Source of the DNA: Vampirovibrionales bacterium
GTDB taxonomy: Bacteria > Cyanobacteriota > Vampirovibrionia > Vampirovibrionales > Vampirovibrionaceae
Length of the DNA: 64,000 nucleotides
NCBI GenBank assembly: GCA_016712355.1
Contig: JADJRF010000005.1
Coordinates: forward strand, 2,449,562 to 2,513,561
Direction of reading: 5' to 3'
In this document: in pieces, positions 58,418 to 64,000 of the stretch
Layout of the letters: each line of letters begins with the position of its first letter
How positions within the stretch are numbered: position 1 is the first letter of the stretch
Made by a program: the position numbers and the translations under genes
The notes under the pieces: generated by a model
What the model was told of the DNA's origin: nothing
Seen by the model: only the letters and a program-made list of their open reading frames with translations
The model's database searches: none

Positions 58418-58493
58418 ATACTGAACCCCATCAACACCAAACCACTGACTTACAACTGGATCATATTTTGGGGGTTGACCAAACCTTAACATA

Positions 58494-58994
58494 TTAACCT
58501 TTGAGATTGCCTAGCTTTAATTCGGGATGCCGGTAGACCCAGGGATAGAGGGGTTGATCCTTCTTACACCAGAATCCAAGACATTGGCTCTTTGCTTGTT
58601 CCTCTTCAGTTTCAAACTCAAATGAATACTTCAGATACGCATAAGAATAGCCATTAGCCACGAGGGCTTGGTTAATATCCTTATCTTCAGCGTAAATATA
58701 CCCAAGCAACCTTTTGTATTTGTCTCGGCCCGTTATCTGTACGAAAATTTGTTTTTCATTTAGCTGGTCTTGTAGATAGGTAGTGGCTCTTTGTCCCCAG
58801 ACTCCTTGAGATTCTTCAGGGGCATCAATCCCTTCCAATCTCAATTTTTCCCGTTTGCCATGATATATGAGTTCTATAGTATCTCCATCGACAACCCTCA
58901 GTAGGGTAACCGACTCTCTTGGCAGTCCCTGAGCATAACAAAATGATGCCATAGCCAAGTAGAGGGCTATGACCAGCCCCTTTAGTTTCCTCAT
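58494..58994 (-). CDS. Secreted thermonuclease (staphylococcal nuclease/SNase-like)
   Basis: Signal peptide, then VVDGDTIEL...LRLEGIDAPE...DKYKRLLGYIYAEDKDINQALVANGYS matching SNase Ca-binding and catalytic blocks. Confidence 0.85.
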   Translation of the reverse strand: MRKLKGLVIALYLAMASFCYAQGLPRESVTLLRVVDGDTIELIYHGKREKLRLEGIDAPEESQGVWGQRATTYLQDQLNEKQIFVQITGRDKYKRLLGYIYAEDKDINQALVANGYSYAYLKYSFEFETEEEQAKSQCLGFWCKKDQPLYPWVYRHPELKLGNLKG

Positions 58995-59008
58995 TTATAT
59001 TCTCCTAG

Positions 59009-59251
59009 TTAGACTTTACTTTTCCTAAAACCTTGTTTTTGTGCCTCTTGTTCACTTTTAAAGCATCGCCGATTGTCTTTGCCTTTATTCCTAACCAACA
59101 TCCGATCATAGTATTTCTGCCCTGGCGCGTGATAAATCATCGAAGCTGTATTACCGACTACGGGGCAGTCATTTGGACTGTAGTCCTTGGCAAAAGCCAC
59201 GCCCGAAAAGAGTAAAGACATTGTTACCAGCGTAGAGATTAAAAGTTGCAT
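59009..59251 (-). CDS. Small secreted protein with a Cys/His Ada-like (Ada_Zn_binding-like) motif
   Basis: Signal peptide, then DCPVVGNTASMIYHAPGQKYY...DNRRCFKSEQEAQKQGFRKSK. The same motif recurs in ORF 59875..60270. The pattern resembles the Ada N-terminal metal-binding domain (CxxxC...N-R-x-F-x-S-x-x-E-A-x-x-x-G-x-R). Confidence 0.45.
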   Translation of the reverse strand: MQLLISTLVTMSLLFSGVAFAKDYSPNDCPVVGNTASMIYHAPGQKYYDRMLVRNKGKDNRRCFKSEQEAQKQGFRKSKV

Positions 59252-59343
59252 CTGCGATTACCTTTACGAGATAATATACAAGTTTCTATTTATTAAACTT
59301 CAGGAACTTACATTGATAAAAGTTCACATAATGAGATAATATA

Positions 59344-59356
59344 TCACAAATTGTGA
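59344..59356. promoter_or_regulatory. Perfect palindrome TCACAA-A-TTGTGA immediately upstream of the XRE regulator gene (candidate operator)
   Basis: 6-bp arms are exact reverse complements. Flanked by two direct repeats GAGATAATATA (59268, 59333) in the divergent intergenic region. Confidence 0.3.
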
Positions 59357-59383
59357 CAATGCAAGTTTTGTGAAGGAGCGTAT

Positions 59384-59878
59384 ATGGGCAAGTACAGAAC
59401 AGCTTTCGGCGACTTATTGGACGATCTCCTTTATGAAAAGGGGATGAAGTCTCTTACGGAGTTTGGAGAACGTATTGGTGTAGCTAAAAATGCCTTGTCG
59501 CAATACTGCACAGGCGCACGGGAACCAGGGGATGAGATTCTGATCAGGATGGCTTTATTCCTGGACGTGGATTACATCACCTTGAAGAGAGCCGCCCTCT
59601 TAGATCGGTATCCGTTGTGGCAACTGATTACCATTGGGGTCTTTGACTCTTTCTTGACCAAAGAACAAGTAGGGGAACTCCAAAGCCTGATTGACAATGA
59701 GGATGATCTGGAAGAATTGTTGAAACAGCTTCACCGAGACTTAGATTTGCAGAAACAATACGTTTCCGTTGGATGGAAAGATTTTTTAGAATCGTTGAAG
59801 TCTGCGGGGTTTCTGCACAAACAGAAAACGAAACCTCCCCTGAGCAAGACCCATGAAAAGAGGGTTAATGCTCTATGA
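59384..59878 (+). CDS. XRE-family HTH transcriptional regulator (first gene of island operon)
   Basis: HTH_3-like LTEFGERIGVAKNALSQYCTGAREPGDEIL. Confidence 0.65.
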   Translation: MGKYRTAFGDLLDDLLYEKGMKSLTEFGERIGVAKNALSQYCTGAREPGDEILIRMALFLDVDYITLKRAALLDRYPLWQLITIGVFDSFLTKEQVGELQSLIDNEDDLEELLKQLHRDLDLQKQYVSVGWKDFLESLKSAGFLHKQKTKPPLSKTHEKRVNAL

Positions 59879-60270
59879 CACAAGATACAGAAAAGGTTAT
59901 CCCCATCAGTCAGAGACAAGACAAGATGAGCAGATATGACCTGCTGAAAAGCCTTATGAGCACTAAAGAAATAACAACAAACGCCAGTAAAGCTCGTCGC
60001 TACGGCCTTTTTCTCACAATTCTTACCCTGTTAGTTATTGCTGGCCTGTATGGGCGTTCCCAACTTGGCTATAAACCTACCGCTATAGATGAGGCGCTGG
60101 GTGCAAAGCAGTGTCCAATCATCGGAAATGTCGATTCAAAGTTGTATCACACTCCTAAGGAACACCACTATCTTGAACTACTCCAAAGAAATAAAGCCCG
60201 CGAAAACAGAATCTGTTTTTCTCAAGAATGGGAAGCATGGCTAGCAGGCTATAAGAAGAGTAAATTTTGA
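59875..60270 (+). CDS. Membrane-anchored protein with C-terminal Ada-like Cys/His motif (paralog of 59009..59251)
   Basis: One TM (LFLTILTLLVIAGLYG), then QCPIIGNVDSKLYHTPKEHHY...ENRICFSQEWEAWLAGYKKSKF. Its start overlaps the upstream stop (ATGA). Confidence 0.45.
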   Translation: MTQDTEKVIPISQRQDKMSRYDLLKSLMSTKEITTNASKARRYGLFLTILTLLVIAGLYGRSQLGYKPTAIDEALGAKQCPIIGNVDSKLYHTPKEHHYLELLQRNKARENRICFSQEWEAWLAGYKKSKF

Positions 60271-60626
60271 AAGAAATGGTTTTAGCAATGAGCGATACGT
60301 CTTATAAAACATTTAAAAAGGTGCTGGGCATTATTTCTATTTTAATGCTGTTAGGTACTTTGGCAGATAATCCTTATAGCTACTATGTTTTGCTTCGCTG
60401 GGTTGTTTGCATTGCAGCCATTAGTATAGCTCTTTCTTTTAAGGCATTAAATAAGGAAGGCTGGTTTATCACATTGCTAATTACTGCCTTCTTATTCAAT
60501 CCCCTGATCCCGGTTCACTTAAACAAGCAATTGTGGACAGTTCTGGATTTAGTAACTGCTGCTATCTTTTTGGTGTCTATTTTCAAACTTGAAAACAATA
60601 CCAAGAGGTTCCCAGCCAATGAGTGA
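60267..60626 (+). CDS. Small polytopic membrane protein, hypothetical
   Basis: 3-4 hydrophobic helices; start/stop overlaps with neighbours. Confidence 0.4.
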   Translation: MKEMVLAMSDTSYKTFKKVLGIISILMLLGTLADNPYSYYVLLRWVVCIAAISIALSFKALNKEGWFITLLITAFLFNPLIPVHLNKQLWTVLDLVTAAIFLVSIFKLENNTKRFPANE

Positions 60627-61284
60627 TCATTTAGATGTACTGAGGCAGATGCGACAAAGCCAGACTCAAGAGCTTGCTCTTGTAGAAGATATAGCACCTC
60701 AAAAGCAGTGCCCTTTCTGTGCAGAGAGTATTTTAATAGATGCGATAAAGTGCAAACATTGTGAGGAATGGCTTATCGATCAAAGTAATTCTGGCAAGAA
60801 GCTTTATAGCAACAAACAAAGTCTTATTTTCTTATTTTTACTATCCTTCCTTTCGATTGGTATATATGACCTGTACTGGTTCTATAAGAACTGGAGACAG
60901 CTAAAGTCTATTGGTTATAAAATTTCCCCTGGATTGAGACTATTAGGTCTTTTTGTTCCCTTTCTCAATCTCTACCTACTCGATAACTTTATTCGTGAGG
61001 TTAAAAAACTGGGAGACAGTGTTGGCAATAAGACCTACCCTTATCCCTTTTTGGTAGGGTTCTGCTATATATTCTCAAATATAGTTTCCCGCTATGTAAT
61101 CTTTCATTTTGGCTTCTGGGCTCCGGTTTACCTGCAAGGAAAACTTAACGCTTATTGGGATAAAACACAGCCGTCGCTCGAAACGAGAAAGTTTCCCACT
61201 GTCTGGGAATGGGTATTCTTAATAGTATTAGGACTATTCTGGCTTCTCTGTATTGTGGGTGCTCTAGTGGGAGGTAATAACTAA
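60619..61284 (+). CDS. Zinc-ribbon (CPxC...CxHC) plus DUF4234-like membrane domain protein
   Basis: N-terminal QCPFCAESILIDAIKCKHCEEWL zinc ribbon. A membrane domain with IGIYDLYWFYKNW resembles DUF4234. ATG at 60619 overlaps the upstream stop; an alternative start is 60589. Confidence 0.6.
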   Translation: MSDHLDVLRQMRQSQTQELALVEDIAPQKQCPFCAESILIDAIKCKHCEEWLIDQSNSGKKLYSNKQSLIFLFLLSFLSIGIYDLYWFYKNWRQLKSIGYKISPGLRLLGLFVPFLNLYLLDNFIREVKKLGDSVGNKTYPYPFLVGFCYIFSNIVSRYVIFHFGFWAPVYLQGKLNAYWDKTQPSLETRKFPTVWEWVFLIVLGLFWLLCIVGALVGGNN

Positions 61285-63329
61285 TGCCAAATACAGTCAA
61301 GCAAACGAAGCTTTGTCCTAATTGCAATAATGAAATATTGGCTGAAGCCATTAAGTGCAAACATTGTAAAAGTTTCATAGAACAATCTTTAGAAAAAGCG
61401 TCAAACATTTCTGAGTCTAATGTTGGGATAGAAATCCATAATACTCCTGTAAGGCATTCATTTGATTTAATTAATAACAATGCCTATAGGGTGTTAGGAC
61501 TTCCTGCTGATGCCTCTCAGGAATCGATTCATGAAGCTAATAGCTCTATTCGTAGAGTTCTAAAGATTGGGGTAAGCAAATCCTCTCCCTGGGATTTGGC
61601 TTGGATTGGCCCAATCAATAGGAGCGAGAAAGATTTACAGTCTGCTATAGGCAGGCTTATGAATCCAGTTCAACGTCTTCAGGAACGCTTATTTTGGTTT
61701 TCAAGTAATACGCCTCTACTTAATGAAGCAACCATAGAATCTCTATCGTCCGTCATTTCTGAGCTTGAAACAAAAGCCAATAGCCATGATCTTGCAGTGG
61801 TAAAGCTTGCCTACGCTAATTTGATTGATCCTGAACTCAAAAATATAAAACTTTGGATAGAAGCAATAACTCTTTGGGAAACAGTCATTTCTTCAGACGA
61901 CTATTGGGCCTCTTTGCTCGATATGGAAATGGACGGTGAATTTGAGCCTTTTGCCACCATAGAAGAGGTAGAGAACCTAAAACTGAATGTTTACAGGTTG
62001 GTCTGCTCAAAGCTATTAGCCCTAGCAAATGAGGGTATAGTTGCCAAGAATGAAGGGATTTGTAGGCAAGTTTTTAGCATTCTTAAAGATTCAAAAATAC
62101 CCAGAAATATTTTTTACGAATTTGAAACTCAAGCCTTTGGAAGTTTGGAAGATCAACTCACTGAATTATGTGAACAGATTCGGAATGATTCAAATAGTAT
62201 TCTTAACAAGCAGGATACCAATGCGCCAGATAATATCAAAGCCTGTACTACAGCCTTAAACCGATTTAATAATGAGGTTCGGCCTCTCTTAAGCAAATTG
62301 CTGAATGTAGCTGGTCAAAATACGGAACTTGCTAATCGTGTTAAAGAAGAAGCCGCCGGTTGTCTAAGGGGCATTGCTATAAACTTTACTTGGGCAGATG
62401 AGTTTATCCGTTCTAAAGAGTTGCTTGAACAGGCTATAACTATTGCTCCTAAAGATTCTTCCGTCTATCATCGACTGCTAGAGGACTCAGGAGATGTTGA
62501 AAAAACTTCTGAGAAGCAGAAGATATGGAAAGACTTAAAACCTATCAAGAGTGCTCCTGTCCTTCAAACCATTAACGCCTGCGGCTTCACTTTATATGGT
62601 TGTACTAATGTTGATCCTGAAACACAGTCTGGCTTGTCAACATATTACTTTGTAATTTTAGGTATTCCTATATTCCCCATTTGTCGATACAGAGTAATTT
62701 CAACAGGTGATAGGAGCTATAGATTTTTAGGAAAAGCCCCCTTAAGAAAGGGGGATAAGTGGCACCTAGGCATATCACTGTGCCTGATTCTTATTGCTTT
62801 TCTGTGGATTTCAGCTAGCTCATCAACAAGCTCATCGAATTATTCTTCAAACTACTCCTCTGCTCCTAGTGAAACAACAAACTATTCTTCTACTCCCAGT
62901 GAAACATACACAGATCCTGAATCCACTTCGACCTCCACAAATGAACCAGCGACTCAGGAAATTCAAACTCCTCCAGAGGGTATAATACCCACCAATCAAT
63001 TCAGCTCTACTTACAAAATCGACTTGAAAGCAAAGATAGATGCGGGTAGAGCCAAATTGGCCTCTCTGGAAGCCTCTTATAATCAATTAGCGGATGAGGT
63101 GCAGAGCATGAAGCTTGAACTTAATCAGAAACAAGCTGAAGTTGAAAAGCTTGAAACCCAAGCCAAGTATGGCATTGATGTTGAACAGTATGAATCTAAG
63201 AGACAAGCTTATAATCAGTTCGTTGAAAAGCATAATCAAACGCTTTCCAGGGCTAAAAAAGCTGAGCAAGAATACAATGCAGTTCTCGAAGAGGATCACA
63301 GGATGGTTCAGGAATATAATTCGCTATAA
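61284..63329 (+). CDS. Large multi-domain protein: N-terminal zinc ribbon, degenerate J-like helical domain (no HPD), central TM segments, S/T/N-Y-rich linker, C-terminal coiled coil
   Basis: LCPNCNNEILAEAIKCKHCKSFI is a paralog of the previous gene's ribbon. AYRVLGLPADASQESIHEANSSIRRVL is J-domain helix II/III-like but lacks HPD. TM stretches lie around residues 440-520. NYSS repeats are present. The last ~110 aa have heptad periodicity. Confidence 0.55.
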   Translation: MPNTVKQTKLCPNCNNEILAEAIKCKHCKSFIEQSLEKASNISESNVGIEIHNTPVRHSFDLINNNAYRVLGLPADASQESIHEANSSIRRVLKIGVSKSSPWDLAWIGPINRSEKDLQSAIGRLMNPVQRLQERLFWFSSNTPLLNEATIESLSSVISELETKANSHDLAVVKLAYANLIDPELKNIKLWIEAITLWETVISSDDYWASLLDMEMDGEFEPFATIEEVENLKLNVYRLVCSKLLALANEGIVAKNEGICRQVFSILKDSKIPRNIFYEFETQAFGSLEDQLTELCEQIRNDSNSILNKQDTNAPDNIKACTTALNRFNNEVRPLLSKLLNVAGQNTELANRVKEEAAGCLRGIAINFTWADEFIRSKELLEQAITIAPKDSSVYHRLLEDSGDVEKTSEKQKIWKDLKPIKSAPVLQTINACGFTLYGCTNVDPETQSGLSTYYFVILGIPIFPICRYRVISTGDRSYRFLGKAPLRKGDKWHLGISLCLILIAFLWISASSSTSSSNYSSNYSSAPSETTNYSSTPSETYTDPESTSTSTNEPATQEIQTPPEGIIPTNQFSSTYKIDLKAKIDAGRAKLASLEASYNQLADEVQSMKLELNQKQAEVEKLETQAKYGIDVEQYESKRQAYNQFVEKHNQTLSRAKKAEQEYNAVLEEDHRMVQEYNSL

Positions 63330-63334
63330 AGAGG

Positions 63335-63718
63335 TTGATAATGTCTTCAAAAGGAACAATCGAATGTTCTGTCGAACAGCTATCAGAGCTTTCGGTTGAG
63401 GCATGGCGTTTAGGCCAATGGCTCTCAAGGCTTGACTCACAAAGCTCTATTGGCAGGCATGTTCTTAGAAAGTATGAAAGGTTCTTCCAAGACCTTGGAA
63501 TTGAGGTTTTGGATATGACAGGAAAGACTTATGATCCTGGAATGGCCTTGGATATTATTGATTCTATTCAGGATGACACTCTTGAATCGGGTATTGAAGT
63601 TATAGACGAAACCATTGCTCCCATTGTGGTTTACCAAGAGCAGGTAATCAGGCATGGGCAGGTAGTCACTCGTAAAAGAGCAGAAGTTTTAGAGCAAGCG
63701 ACGGCTGAGGAGCAATAA
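63335..63718 (+). CDS. Short GrpE-like nucleotide-exchange-factor homolog (C-terminal four-helix/beta-wing region only)
   Basis: LGIEVLDMTGKTYDPGMALDIIDS...ESGIEVIDETIAPIVVYQEQVIRHGQVVTRK parallels the E. coli GrpE block [21 protein letters not shown]...[27 protein letters not shown]. Confidence 0.55.
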   Translation: MIMSSKGTIECSVEQLSELSVEAWRLGQWLSRLDSQSSIGRHVLRKYERFFQDLGIEVLDMTGKTYDPGMALDIIDSIQDDTLESGIEVIDETIAPIVVYQEQVIRHGQVVTRKRAEVLEQATAEEQ

Positions 63719-63721
63719 GGA

Positions 63722-64000
63722 ATGAACCAATTTATTAATTACGGCATCGATCTTGGCACAACCAATTCTTGTACCGCCTCCTGGGACGGTAACGATGTCC
63801 GAATCTATCAAAATAATGATTTGATGAATGTCACTCCTTCCGTTGTCAGAGTCCAAAAGAATAATCGGGTTCTTATTGGTAAACGTGCATACAACGCTAT
63901 TGTGGAGGATCCTGATAATGTGGTCTCTGAATTCAAACGCTGGATGGGACAGAAAGATAAAAAGTCTTTTTCGGCTTCTGGCCGAAGCATGTCTGCTGAA
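63722..64000 (+). CDS. Hsp70 (DnaK-like) family ATPase, 3'-truncated by the window end
   Basis: N-terminal Hsp70 signature YGIDLGTTNSCTA...VTPSVV...LIGKRAYNAI...KRWMGQ; RBS aagga 5 nt upstream. Confidence 0.8.
   Translation, partial: MNQFINYGIDLGTTNSCTASWDGNDVRIYQNNDLMNVTPSVVRVQKNNRVLIGKRAYNAIVEDPDNVVSEFKRWMGQKDKKSFSASGRSMSAE

Larger units (their letters stand above)
57202..58481 (+). mobile_element. IS3-family insertion sequence, copy 2 (1280 bp), inverted relative to copy 1
   Basis: Same IR ends and identical OrfA/OrfB translations as copy 1. Flanks differ (acgg|IS|aacc) and there is no obvious 3-bp target duplication. Confidence 0.85.

Overview
The window is a high-GC (~65%) bacterial chromosomal segment of about 53 kb, followed by a low-GC, mosaic, horizontally acquired island from ~53.6 kb to the window end. 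The island sits next to a tRNA-Ile(GAT) gene.

The chromosomal part is densely packed with housekeeping genes. These are aroB (5'-truncated), thyX, purM-purN, an LPS-core/heptose cluster, nrnA, dxr, aqpZ, a TonB-ExbB-ExbD-ExbD module, ribF, glgA, pilD, a group-3 sigma factor, alaS, yajQ, dapF, tRNA-Val and tRNA-Ile. The heptose cluster comprises an hldE-kinase-like gene, an O-antigen-ligase-family gene and a GT9 heptosyltransferase. There is a cyanobacterial-type F0F1 ATP synthase operon, atpZ?-atpI-atpB-atpE-atpF'-atpF-atpH-atpA-atpG. It carries both b and b' subunits and lacks atpD/atpC, which suggests a Cyanobacteriota-like (possibly non-photosynthetic) lineage.

The island carries a class II Fic protein. 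It also carries two identical, inverted IS3-family copies that interrupt T7-like phage remnants, namely a portal N-terminal fragment and a possible terminase C-terminal fragment. Further along it has a secreted thermonuclease with two paralogous small proteins bearing an Ada-like Cys/His motif. It ends in a tightly coupled seven-gene operon: XRE regulator, Ada-like membrane protein, small membrane protein, zinc-ribbon/DUF4234 protein, a 681-aa zinc-ribbon J-like TM coiled-coil protein, a GrpE-like protein and an Hsp70-like protein. That operon is the most promising candidate for an undescribed system.

Other notable non-coding structure includes three tandem 70-bp repeats upstream of thyX and four 10-bp iterons in the tonB promoter region. 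Partial tRNA-Ile duplications break in the anticodon loop, and a recurring ATGACTCAGTTTT-like motif surrounds the tRNA.
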